Shown here: piece by piece, positions 37,740 to 49,830 of the stretch
How positions within the stretch are numbered: position 1 is the first letter of the stretch
Layout: the number at the start of each line of letters is the position of its first letter
From: Chlorokybus atmophyticus
Lineage: Eukaryota > Plantae > Mesostigma and Chlorokybus algae
NCBI GenBank assembly: GCA_009103225.1
Contig: RHPI01002503.1
Location: 1,160,124 to 1,224,123, forward strand
Length of the DNA stretch: 64,000 nucleotides
Direction of reading: 5' to 3'
Position numbers and translations under genes: made by a program
The notes under the pieces: generated by a model
What the model was told of the DNA's origin: nothing
Database searches by the model: none
The model's input: the letters and a program-made list of their open reading frames with translations, nothing else

Positions 37740-38790
37740 TATCCTTCATCTATTGATCATGAGGTACGAAGGCAGGTGCCAGTGTTTGTGTGCATCATGT
37801 TACATTCATTTGTGTCCATGCAGTGTGCTCCACATGCTGCTTAAGAATCAGCCTGAAGTGCGACGCAACACGTGTATTTGGAATATGGTGACCTGTGCAG
37901 TGTGTTGCCGTACATTACGCATGAAAAATGCATTGGTACTCTATCACAGGCATTACAAGTAGATGTGTTCATCTTCATACATAGTAGCACACCCCTTTTG
38001 TACAACTGGGATAGCTATGGTTGACTAACTTGGCATGCTTCTCACATTAAGAAGCCCTCTGAGGGTTTCGCACCTATACATACCACTGCAGCTCACCCAT
38101 GCTGCATGCATTGACATGCACTGAGCACAGACAATGCAATTGGAGTGGGTGCCATCAATCGAACCAAAAGCAAGGCACTGAGTCTGACTCTTCTGGTTTT
38201 CCATCAACGCACAACTGTTGTCTGAAGCTCAGTGCAAGTCGCGACGCTTTCTTACAGGAAACCAAAGCCCGCACAAAGCAGCTTCATAGCTTGCACTGTA
38301 CAACTTGGCGCACACAGAGCTACGCTCAACTGCACTACCACTGCTGATGACTGCGTCGGCGGAGCGGCGGCGGCGTTGCCAAAGCCAGTCAGTCTGTTCG
38401 TAAGCACTCGCAAACATCTGCTTCCACTAGGCCTGCAGTAGAACAGATCCAGCAAGCGTCTGAGCGCCGGTGCGCTAGGACTTGGGCTGATGTTGCACCA
38501 AGACAACAAGCAGCTGGGCTGAGCTGAGCAGAGCTGCAAGACTAAGTGCGTCAAAAGATCGCAAGATGGCATGTAAGCAGTTTTTTTTCTTTTTTTGCTG
38601 GCTTACTTGCTTGCTTGAGAGAGAGTGACTCACTCTGCTCGTACACCTAATGGGCAGGCTGGTGCATGATATGATATGATACCTACTGAATAATACATTA
38701 CACTTCAACTGCGGAGAAGTAGACACTTCACTGGCAGTAAGACTATCAACTTTACTCATCACCATGTACACCATGTACACCATGTACATC
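37740..38790 (+). repeat. Inverted, diverged copy of the MAT1 upstream region and intron 1 (partner about 41020-42320)
   Basis: 38205-38535 matches the reverse complement of 41450-41775; 38560-38790 matches the reverse complement of 41020-41210 including ATGGCAT|GTAAGCAG; 37740-37950 matches 41990-42320. Confidence 0.85.
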
Positions 38791-39800
38791 AATACAAGCA
38801 ACTTGCCTTTGAATGCGGAGCTGTCACACTTCTTGCTTTCTTTCGTCTTTGTGGTCGCTTTGAAGGTGGCGGCGGCAGCCGTGGCGAGGGAGGGGGCGGA
38901 GTTGTCGGCGTCATTGGCGGCGCTGCTTGACGTCGAGGTGTGACTTCTACTGTGGGGTGGGGTGCCGAGGGACGGGCTGCGAAGGCGGAGCCCACTGCGG
39001 AGGGGCTTGGAGGAGCTCAGGCGCGCCCACTGAGCAGTAGGCAAAGGCAGGGCCGTTCGGCGATGAGGAGAAGGAGGAGGAGGACGACACAAGGGCAAAG
39101 CACGAAAGCGAGGAGCTTGCCACAGCCATGTGGGGTTTGAATTAAAACGCCAACAACACGCAGCAAATGCGCAGTTTGTTGCATGGGCATATGTGTGCGC
39201 AGGTGCGGGCATGTGCATGTGCCCGCACCTGTATGAAGTTCTGTGCATGTGTTCATGCATGTATACGCCTTGTGCTTATGCATGTGCTTGCATGTGCAGA
39301 GTGTCCTGTATTTGTGCGCTCATGTTCTCGCGAAACCACCTGTTTCATCCTTTGACTTGACGGTGGATGACTCGAACATGCGTCCTTATTTACAGTTACC
39401 GTAAGGTGTTTTCGTGCGTGCTTACAGAGCACGAGCTGGAGAGCCTAGACTGCAGGCGACAGCAAGTGCGTGTGAAGGATCAAAGGGTCTCATCATAGGT
39501 ATGCATGCGCATAGTTTGAAAGCGTTGTGTGTTTTGGGTCCTACAACACCAGCTGAACAAACAGCTAAATGAAAGCGTGCTCAAACAGACACATACCGAG
39601 CGTACACACGCCCAACTGCACTCGTGCACTCGCGTAGACATACAGACTCACACGCACACGCGCGCACTGGCAAGGTCATCTGTTCTAACTGCAGCACGCC
39701 CGAAGCCGTACGCGATATCGCCATGCCGGGCGCAGAGCTTATGTCGCGTGTACAAGGTACAGAAAGTCAATATCTCATACGACACCTGCTGGTTATGTGT
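38790..39800 (+). repeat. About 1-kb direct repeat carrying gene-like fragments (partner 47015-48000)
   Basis: Collinear similarity including GPFGDEE..EEDD, cag|YRKVFSCV.T.HELESLDC.RQQ|gt and VICS.CSTPEAVRDIAMPGAEL pseudo-exons. Confidence 0.85.
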
Positions 39801-39954
39801 GTCGAACTGGTGCATTCTGTTACCCTCACTCGATGCACTCTGAAAAACTGTCATGTTGCAAGAGACAGTTGTGATTGACAACACTGTCGCAGCCAAACAG
39901 TACTGAACCAAGTGCGCACAATGCGATCAAGACATCACATCATCAACACATGAA

Positions 39955-41242
39955 TCAAACAACCGTCAAAAACAGCGAGTTGAACGCCTCTTCTATGTTC
40001 CTTCTCTTAGGGATTTCTGAGCTCCAGCCCGCAGCAGCCAACGCGAGCATTTCCCGCTGCCGCCTCACCTCGGGGTCCATGTCCTCCGTTTCCATTACGC
40101 CTGAACATGGAATGGACATTACACGCAACAATGTCAAAGCCGCTCAGTGTGTACTTGAACTTGTGCACAAGACAAGTTGTCAACTTGCGTTACCAGAGAG
40201 GGGTTGAGCGGGCCGTGCAAACGCTTGCAATGCGGCTCCAGTGGCAGGAGCGGGTGCGTAATTGTTGTTGCCGCCCGCTTGCGCTTGAGTGTGCGGGCCA
40301 GCATTTTCCGGCATGGCCCCACCACCGTTCACCTGTTTCACATAAATGGTGCGGTTATACACACATGCATGCCCATGTACGCACATGTTTGCACAATACA
40401 TCGATTCGTATATGTACCTCCTGTGGGTGGTCAATCGGCCTGCCTGCAGCCGCTGCCATCAATACTCTATGCTCCTCAGCCTACAACAGCGCCCACACCC
40501 ACAACAGGTCATTGAAGCAGCAACAGTCCAGTGGAGTAAGTCACCACCACCCACTTAACATAGACAGACATTGACTCAAACCCCTCATGTTGTCTCACCC
40601 TCTTGGCAGCGTTGATGACAATCTGGTCGGCATTCTCTCTTTGGTACTGCGCAACCTTTGCTTCCGTCTCCGCAACATTTATGCCCTCAGCGAGGTTGAA
40701 TACTGCTCAGCGCATACAGAAGTTGTGTATTTGTAGCCAATAGTGTTTGATAATATTTCAACAAGTACGTGCGCACGCATCCACACTCGACCCGACAGCT
40801 ATGGACGCAGTTCAGCTGCACTCGCATAAACCATGCAATCAAAAACTGAAAGTTATGCTTACTTAAGTCTTCAACATCTTCCAGGTAGTCATTGTATTCT
40901 GTTAGCGAGGGGAAATCCTCCTCGCGGCGATTGTATCTATCAACCAAACAGCAGTACAGCTGTCATGCACACAAAGCAGGCGCATTCCTCAGCGTTCGCC
41001 CTTGTACTGTGGCCAATGCATGCTTGTATTGCTGTACATGATGATGAGTGAAGTTGATAGTCTTACTGCCAGTGAACTGTCTACTTCTCCGCATTTGCTT
41101 TGTAATATATGTGCATTGTAGCATATCATGCACGAGCCTGACCATTACTCTGAAAACGAGTAAAGTGAGTCACTCAAGCAAGCAAGCAAAAAACTGCTTA
41201 CATGCCATTGATGCGGCGGCGGATGGCCATCTCGCGATTCAT
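39955..41242 (-). CDS. MAT1: CDK-activating kinase assembly factor MAT1 (plant type, no N-terminal RING)
   Basis: Exons MNREMAIRRRING, YNRREEDFPSLTEYNDYLEDVEDL, IFNLAEGINVAETEAKVAQYQRENADQIVINAAKR, ..., AAGWSSEIPKRRNIEEAFNSLF, all with GT-AG junctions. Confidence 0.92.
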
Positions 41243-43122
41243 TTCACCCACGTAGTCTGGCAGGCCTGCAGACAGGGGTATTTTCAACACCCCCCGTCTC
41301 CGTCCTACGCCTCCTCTGCTCACAGCAGCCGCCGCCTTCTGCTCCGCAGCAGCGGCATGGGCGAGGAGGATGGATGCCCGCTATATGCCTGCCGACGCTA
41401 GCTAGAGCGATAGATAGAGCGTGGGACACACAGCCCAACAAGCTCTCACGCCTAGGATAGCACCCAGCTCAGCTCAGCTGCTTGTTGTCTTGGTGCAGAA
41501 TCAGCCCAAGTCACATTAGCGCACGGGCGTTCAGACGCTTGGCTGGCATCATGTAGTAGTAAAAGCAACGGTACGCTTAACGCTTACACACAGACTGACT
41601 GGCTCTGTCAGCGCCGCCGCTCCCTCCCGGCGCAATCGCCAGCAGTGATGTGGTGCCGTTCTGTGAGCGCCAAACTGTAGGCTTTCATTTGTGGGGGCTT
41701 TCGTTTCATTTTTCTCTGAGGAAGCGTTACGACGTGCAGTGAGCTTCAGACAACAGTTGAGCTTTGATGCGGAGAGAGCAGGCTGGAAAATAACACTCTT
41801 CCTTCTGGTACTCACATGGGACTCACCGCAAACACAGAATGTATTCCGAATGTGTGCTTGTTTGCAGCCAACAAAGGTTATGCATCATGTGAGTAGCAGT
41901 GGTGTACAGGGGCAGAACCGCCCGTGTTAAAGCCGCACGATAAGCATGCGAAGTTACTCAGCAATTTCTATCCACATGTGGCTAGGACAATTGTATCTAC
42001 TTATAGCGCCTGTATGATAGTATAGCAATTTATTTTTCAAGTTTAATGTACGGCAACAGACGGCACGGATCTACTTATTGCGCATGTTTATAGTATAGCA
42101 ATTTAGTTCTTAAGTTCAATGTATGGCAACAGACGACACAAATCACTGCTTGTGCATAAAGTTTGCATACTACACGTCTTGCCGCACTGCAAGTTATGGC
42201 TTCAGCGACATGCGGAGCACAATGCATGGCCACGAATGAGTCTATTCTGCTGCCCGCACAATCAACACGATAGTAGCAAAGGGCACACCGCGACACAATG
42301 CCAATAAGGAGGAGGAGGATAGCGTGATTAATGTAGTCATAAAACACTCAGGCCATGCAACTACGAACAAAGAGTCTGTTTGGTTGCAGTAAGGGACAAG
42401 GTGTGTGGGTGTGCGCGTATGTGTGCGTGCAAATTCGTTTCGATAGGTGTGTGATACAAACAACCAACAGGTGGACTAGCGCAGTGCTGTTGGCTGAGTG
42501 GGTGTTAAGCAACGAGTACATGTGCCGCGGTGACAAGGCGATTAAACTTGGGACCAAGTGGGAAGGCATGTTGTTGACGTTGTCGTTGAACAGCACTGCT
42601 GTTGTTGAATAACAAGTTGTAGTTGTCACCGTTGTGGTGTATAATATAGTATGCAAGGATTGTGCATGCTTGCATCATTGTAATGAGCATTGCTAATGTG
42701 AACCCACACTCGTACACTGTACGAGTGTGGGTTGTCATCAGCAATGCTCTGGCATGCGCATTATTGTGTGTGGCAGCATTGGTTGCAACTGTACTGACGC
42801 ATGTGGCATTGCAGGTGTTCCTAAGCTGAGAAGGTGGCCAATGCACATGCGCATGTACACACACGTGCACATGTGCAGGCTCGCACGTATACGCTTGCGC
42901 AAGTATACGCACGTGTATACATTGTACATGATGCGCGCTAGCACATAGCAGACACGCGTGCATGCAAACACACGCACGCACAATTCATCGCAATTGCATA
43001 AGCAACGTGCTCACAACCTGCCATGCAACATCTCTGAGGCCATGTATAGACTAGTTTGGATGAAACGCTTTGAACATTAGGCACGTTTGGTGTTCATGTC
43101 GTTCTCCTTGATCCAAACCCAT

Positions 43123-44139
43123 TGTCACGCCCACAGGGCAGGCAAAAGTCATTCTCTGTCCCTTACTTATGTGGTAAGTAAGATGAGACCAAGTGGGGAC
43201 CCACACTACACAAGCGTGTGTAGTGCTTGTGGGTGTGCTCTCATGTAGGTCTGCTCTAGAGCCTGTGCGGCCTTAAGCATAATGAACTACACAAGGCATG
43301 ATGGCAAGCACAGGGCTGATCATAGCCGATGAGACATCATGTGATGTACAGAGACATATGTGTGCATATGTCCGCATGTGTATGCATGTGTTTGCATATG
43401 TGTGCACATGTACGCATATGAGTGCATATGCGTGCATGAGAGGTATGTACTAGATGTATGCATGAATATGCATGCATGCGCATACGTGTGCATATGCGCG
43501 CATATGTATGCATAAGGATGCATATGTATGCATGAGTATAATGTCATAGGCTGATGTGACCAGCCAAGGACGTTCACAACGTCCAAGGATGATGTGTGTG
43601 ATGTCCTAGGCTGATGTGACCAGCCTAGGGACGTTTACAATGTCCGAGGCTGATGTGTGATCAGTCTTGGGCGTTGAAAGAGGTCCAAGGGCTGATGTGG
43701 CAGCCCTAGAAATGAGTTGTGGTAAACGCAGCCATGACAAGGCATGTAGCCTTGGACTTGGATGTTCTAGGTCGGAGAGCAGCAAAGAGAGGGTATATGA
43801 ACGGCCTCAACATGTGTTGAGGCAGCTCAGCATGTGCATACTCGACTCTTGTGTGTGGGGTGCCTAGTTTAGTTGTTCAAGGGGCTCTCCCTCTCATCCC
43901 ATGTGGGGTGTGATGTCCGTGGCAGCTTTGCACATGTGTGTGAGGTGTGCTTGAGTGTGTGAGTGTGTGGGAGCTGAGTAGAGAGGTTGGTGTCATCCTC
44001 TCCTTCCTTGGTGCGGTGCTGGGACTTCCTCGGCAAGTTACTGCACCAATGACGCTGGTAGGGCTTTCAATAGTAAGTCCTTGTGCTTGTGCATAAGTTT
44101 GCCAAGCCGCCCAGCAAGTAAGTGAGTGGTATCGTTACA
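43123..44139. mobile_element. Solo LTR, 1017 bp
   Basis: TGTCAC..GTTACA termini with perfect 5-bp TSD CCCAT (43118-43122 and 44140-44144). It contains about 60-bp tandem repeats (43549-43670) and an ATGC-rich low-complexity tract. Confidence 0.7.
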
Positions 44140-46048
44140 CCCATAGCGATGCTTTGTGTTAGCTTATGGAGGGGGTGAGCTTTCCTTGGAGTGAAGGTAA
44201 TTGGGCCAATCCGAGAAAGGCAACAGCACTGATGGCTAATGCGCTGGTGCCGCATGCGGTGATGCATGATGACTGTTGCAATGGTAGCATAAATTCATAT
44301 TAAATCCTCAACCCTCAGCGTCTTTTGCTAATGTAACCTGGTGGAACACCCTCATTTTAAAACAATGACAACGCAGCGGACAAGTTCTTTGAACCTCCGA
44401 AGTGGCTTTTGGACTTGGCAAATGGAACATGAGCGCGTAGTGTGTGAGCTGAACATCATGACGCGTGTGTGCATGCATGCGTCTGCATACTTATGATGCT
44501 GTGCGCTCGCTATAACATTGTCGCCTTAAAAATGCGACTCAATTGCTCCACAGACCATGTGGATAACGAGGCTTCCACATAGCAGTCAATACCGAAACCA
44601 CTTTGCTCAGGCTGGGCGGGTGTGGCGTAGGTGTAGGCGAGCGGGCAGGCGGGCGGTGCGAGATTTGGGGTGCAGGGCAGTTGACGGTTATGATGCGTTC
44701 AACCGCTTCGGTAAGCGGCTTGACGCAAGCTTGCACTCACGCATTGCCTGCGGCGGCTGCTGCTTGTCGCTTTTAGACTTGTTGCACAGGTTGCCATCAC
44801 AAGCAGCCTTAAGAGGGCGATTAGCGCCCCTGCAGCTGAGTGGCATTTTCTTGTGTTTTTATCTTGTGCTACAGGCAATGCCTTTCTGTAAGTTGCTTTG
44901 TTGTTGAATAATTCTCGGAGTGAATGCTGGATTGCTGTGTCTAGCTGGTTTTCCTTTTAAATCCATGCTTCAACATTTGGTCTGCTATTTACGAGACCGA
45001 TTCGGATGCGTATTAGCAGACTTCAAACCACATTTGGGCGAGGGCTCAGCAGGCTTCCTAGAGAATGAACAATTAGCCACACAGCCCGGCAAGACAAGTG
45101 CGCAAGGCGACACATGTATACGTTTTGACTCGCAGGCATACAAGTACATACAACAGCATTGCAAGAGCACTTGTCGCTGCATCAAGCAGACGCAATAGTA
45201 CGCTATTCTGGTTGATGTGTTTGTTGAATAGAAGGCCGGGCTTTCTTTCTCGCGTGGTGTTCAAGCTATTGCGTGCTCTGCATGCATCAATCCAATAGCG
45301 CCTTTGCTAGCTAGCACATATAGGTGGCAACCACATGAATAAAACTATACAGCGTCAACCAACTGGTGTAATGTGCACACAGCTTTACACATACCAAAGA
45401 CACTTTCCATTACATCATCAAGTGAACATCCATGAGCACGTCCAGCTTGGCACGGAGGCAACAACACCATACGACATGTACATACTCAAGTCATGAAACG
45501 ACATATCTGCATGTGCTTTCAGACAATAACGGCCACACAAGGCTATGCAACTCCACCAACCGCCTGTGCAGAGGCGCAACCGCCGCCGCCAAAGACGGCG
45601 GATAGGTAGCAACTAAGACCATGACGGCTGGCCGGAATGGCGTTGAGAACGCGGCACGGTTAACACGAGATCTTTATGCGCTAACTGCTGATGTGAGGAG
45701 GCCACCTCGGAGCAAGTACACGGTTACCGCAACGGTTGAGCTCAATGACGAAAACAACTTGAACAAGCTGTTAACTAACATAATAAATGCGAACATTATT
45801 TTCACCTTTTCGCGAATCTTAAAAACTCAACTTCGGTTTTTGGCGGGCACTAACAACGATGTTTTGGACTTTTTGCAAATTGCGGTTGCGAGCTCTTAAA
45901 GTTGCGTTTTATGTGAATTGTGGCCGATTGAAGTTATGATAGAAAACAAATGAGGCAGCTGCTGTAACGAATATATTTATTGATACCCGTGGTTGTGCGG
46001 TAGTACAACTTGTGCCACGGGTCAACGCATTGATCCCGGTGTAATATT

Positions 46049-46130
46049 ACGAGCCTTATCGTCACAAGGCCCAAGGCCGGAGTGCCTTGTGCCTTAAGCC
46101 TTAAGGCAAGCTCGTCACGATAAGGCTCGT
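46049..46130. repeat. 82-bp compact foldback
   Basis: Perfect 14-bp outer inverted repeat ACGAGCCTTATCGT/ACGATAAGGCTCGT enclosing two inner hairpins (CACAAGGC/GCCTTGTG and GCCTTAAG/CTTAAGGC). Confidence 0.85.
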
Positions 46131-46529
46131 CATATACTACTTGCTTGTAAGCTTGGGAGCAATGGATTGCGAATGAGCGTTGGGTGTGGCTCTGTATGAC
46201 CGTTATTGCAGATTGTGATTGTGTTGGGGTGCTTTAATAAGGAGTGGTCTGTGGATTCCGTGTTGGTGCACGAGTGTTATCATAACATGATGTTCGTGTT
46301 CATCGGTTGTGATCAATGGTTTGCGTCCGGTTGAGGAGGGTGTAGTGATTGCAATTGATATAAATGCTTGCGTGGATATCAGTAACTAACCTGTTGCCAA
46401 ATTGGCCGTTGCTGATATTGGGCTATCGGCATGACTCATGAGGAGCAGAAACCCTTGATGCCTGCTGACCGCAATTGGCGACGCCCATTAAGAATCTCGA
46501 TTCGAGATGTCGACTGATCGGAGGGAGGG

Positions 46530-46786
46530 NNNNNNNNNNNNNNNNNNNNNNNNNNNNNNNNNNNNNNNNNNNNNNNNNNNNNNNNNNNNNNNNNNNNNNN
46601 NNNNNNNNNNNNNNNNNNNNNNNNNNNNNNNNNNNNNNNNNNNNNNNNNNNNNNNNNNNNNNNNNNNNNNNNNNNNNNNNNNNNNNNNNNNNNNNNNNNN
46701 NNNNNNNNNNNNNNNNNNNNNNNNNNNNNNNNNNNNNNNNNNNNNNNNNNNNNNNNNNNNNNNNNNNNNNNNNNNNNNNNNNNNNN
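46530..46786. other. Assembly gap (N run)
   Basis: Run of Ns seen directly. Confidence 1.
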
Positions 46787-47014
46787 GGGGGGGGCAAAAG
46801 AATCCCCAATTTTCTAACATCAGTCTCCAAAAAGGCCACAAAACCGACGATAGTTAATCAAGTACTTTCCAAGCGTCCTGCACTCATACGATGTGACCCT
46901 AAGCGCAATATCATTGTTTGAAACAAGCCGGCTAATGAGCCGGTTGTAAATTGGTTTGCCCGTGGGAACGAGTTGGCCCTCTCGCTGAAGGCTGACGCGA
47001 CGGCTAAGGCATTG

Positions 47015-48000
47015 CACCCAGCTTGCCTTTTAATGCTGGGCTGTTGCACTTCTGTGTCTTTGTGGTTGCGTTGAAGGTGGCGGCGGCGGCCGTGGTGAGG
47101 GAGGGGACGGAGTTGTCGGCATCATTGGCGGCGCTGCTTGACGGCGAGGTGTGACTGTTGTGGGGCGGGCTGCTGAAGGCGAAGCCCACTGCGGAGGGGT
47201 TTTGAGGAGCTCAGGCCCGCTGAGCAGCAGGCAAAGGTGGGGCCATTCGGCGACGAGGAGGAGGAGCAGCAGGTGGAGGAGGACGACACAAGGGAAAAGA
47301 ATAAAAGCGAGGAGCTTGTCGAAGCCAGATGGGGTTTGATTCAAAACACCAACAACACGCAGCAAATGCGCAGTTTGTTGCGTGGGCATATGTGTGCGCA
47401 GGTGCGGGCATGTGCTTGTCCTTGTGCATGTGCCTGCACCTGAACAAAGTTTTGTGCATGTGTGCATGCATGTATACGCCTCGTGCTTATGCATGCTTGC
47501 ATGTGCAGAGTGTACTGTGTTTGTGCGCTCGTGTTCTTGCGAAACCACCTGTTTCATTCGTTGACTTGACGGTGCATAACTTGAACATACGTCCTTGTTT
47601 GCAGCTACCGCAAGGTGTTTTCGTGCGTGCCTACAAAGCACGAGCTGGAGAGCCTAGACTGCAAGCGACAGCAAGTGCGTGTGAAGGATCAAAGGGTCTC
47701 ATCATAGGTATGCATGCGCACAGTTTGAAAGCGTTGTGTGTTTTTGGTCCCACAACACCAGCTGAAGAAACAACTAAATGAAAGCGTGCTCAAACAGACA
47801 CATACCGAGCGTACACACACCTGCACTCGTGCACTCGCGTAGGCATACAGACTCACACGCACACTCGTGCACTGGCAAGGTCATCTGTTCTAGCTGTAGC
47901 ACGCCCGAAGCCGTGCGTGATATCGCCATGCCGGGCGCAGAGCTTATTTCGCACGTACAAGTTATTAAGGTCAATATCTCATACGACACCTGATGGTTAT
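47015..48000 (+). repeat. Second copy of the 38790-39800 module
   Basis: Collinear similarity to 38790-39800. Confidence 0.85.
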
Positions 48001-48029
48001 GTGCGTTGAATTGTTGCAATCTGTTGCCC

Positions 48030-49830
48030 TCAACAAGTTGCCCTCTAGCGGCAGTAACCCGCATATGTTTGCAGTGCTTGGTGCAACTTGCTGTGCACAA
48101 CTGCATGAAGGTGTCTGCATGCATGCATAATGTGTGCGCGTGCTTGCGCGTGCGCGTATTATTGTGTTTGTGCACACGTGTTGACTTAGTGGTTTTCTTG
48201 GTATTCTTGCCAAGTTGTTTATTCAGCTCTTTAACTCAGCGGCTCCATGACTTGCTTAAGCGTCTCGATGTTGCAGATACTGCAAGGTGGTGCCGTGGGT
48301 GTCCAAGGAGCCCTGAACTGCAGCAATAGTATGCGCGTGTAAGGGACCGAAGGGGCTTTTTCATCGTAGGTACACATGCGCACAGTTGAAAGCATTGCAT
48401 GTCGCATTTTGCAACGTAAGTTGAACAAGTAGCCTAGACAACAACAACAACAACACGCGCACAAACAGACATGCGCGTGCATGCGCAACACACACACACA
48501 CATACACGTGTGCGCAGGCGGGACGAGCTGTTGAAGGTGGTTTCAACTTATTGTAGGGGCGGACGACCACCACGGGCGGACCCTGCGGCCACCACGGACG
48601 GAGCCCGCAATCATAGCTGCACTGTGAGGCGACGGTCCACATGACACGTCAAGGTGCGTTGATGGTGGGCTCGGATTTCCAGTCTCTATGCTGCTTCAGC
48701 TGCCTTTGCTGCAACTCTCTCTCTCTCTCTCCCTCTGGCTGTATGCTTGCATGGCTTGCCGTGTGGTCTACAATGCATTTCTATTGGCTTAAAACCCAAT
48801 CAAAGCAGGGGTGCCTCACAAGAGAGAGTGTGCAGCAACGTAAACGTGTACTTCCCTAACTCCAACAAGAGCTTTGAAGATAGAAAGTTCATTCCCCTCA
48901 AGAAGGCAACCAACTCATTTGTATATTATGCGCATGCTAGTAGCCATCTATCTTGACTGTTAAGTGTGATTAGGTATTCGCTTCCGTCGCTTAGCGTAGT
49001 AGTACTTAGTAAGCGTTTATGCATATAGGTGCAACGCTTTATCAACAATGCCGGAGGCATTACGGTAATACCAATACAGGACCGGCTGACAACCCAGATG
49101 AGTTGGAGACAATGGAAGTGCTGAATCTGTCTATGCTTGAGTTAAAGACAATGGCATGTCTATTGGGATTGGGTAACCAACCCGGTTAATTGATTAGGTG
49201 AGAAGCGCTGCTGCGAAGATGCCAATGTACTAGTGCATTGGGGTGGCCTTCAGACCATCATCGCTAAGGGTATCTCCATCTCCATTCATGGTTTCATCAT
49301 GATGTGCTCATACAGGTCAACAACTCACAAGGTTTTGTGCGCCGAGAGGCGTATATACATAGAAAAAAATAAAGTTGCAGAACATGCGCTTATTTATCTC
49401 AAAAAGCACGACTCGGATGCCATGCGCCTTTGCCAATGTGACTTCGGAGCGCAGATAGAAAAGCGGTGCGCTATACAGCAAGCATGCTTTCACATGCGTT
49501 GTGAAATTCTTTCAAGCCCAACATTTTGTTTTTGGCACAGCACGTGAGGTTTAATGGTGTCACCTATTTACGAGTTTTCGCAGCAATAATTACAGCTGTG
49601 CATGAGGTGTGCGCCGATGGTGCAAAGAACATAAGAGCTAAGATGATAGTTTTAAGGTAAGCCCTACAATAAATTGTTGTGTCAGATTGTGGAATGTCTG
49701 GCTGTGTCATGTAGTAACATACCGATATCAACCATGTTGCCAACATGTACATATGGGATGTATAGGTTTTAATTGGTGTTGCTTGTCACTGTTCGGGGAG
49801 AGGGAGCTTATTGACCTCGAATGCCCTGTC
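48030..49830 (+). repeat. Left arm of a large diverged inverted repeat, containing a decayed ORF
   Basis: Reverse-complement similarity to 51760-53525 throughout (e.g. 48030-48430 vs 53110-53525; KFIPLKKATNS vs KFIRLRKATNS). Confidence 0.85.

Noticed and set aside
43320-43540. His/Met/Cys-rich ORFs in ATGC-rich tracts (also 39130-39360, 42720-42980)
   Set aside because: Translations of low-complexity TG/CA-rich DNA, not proteins
44037-44139. Third TRIM (90-bp TG..CA block followed by TGGTGCAG, PBS-like)
   Set aside because: No matching second LTR or PPT; the CCCAT TSD instead defines 43123-44139 as one solo LTR
45621-45899. 92-aa ORF as a real gene
   Set aside because: No motif, splice support or homologous copy in the window
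46423-46921. ORFs across the second gap
   Set aside because: Same N-run artefact; the flanks give no recognisable protein
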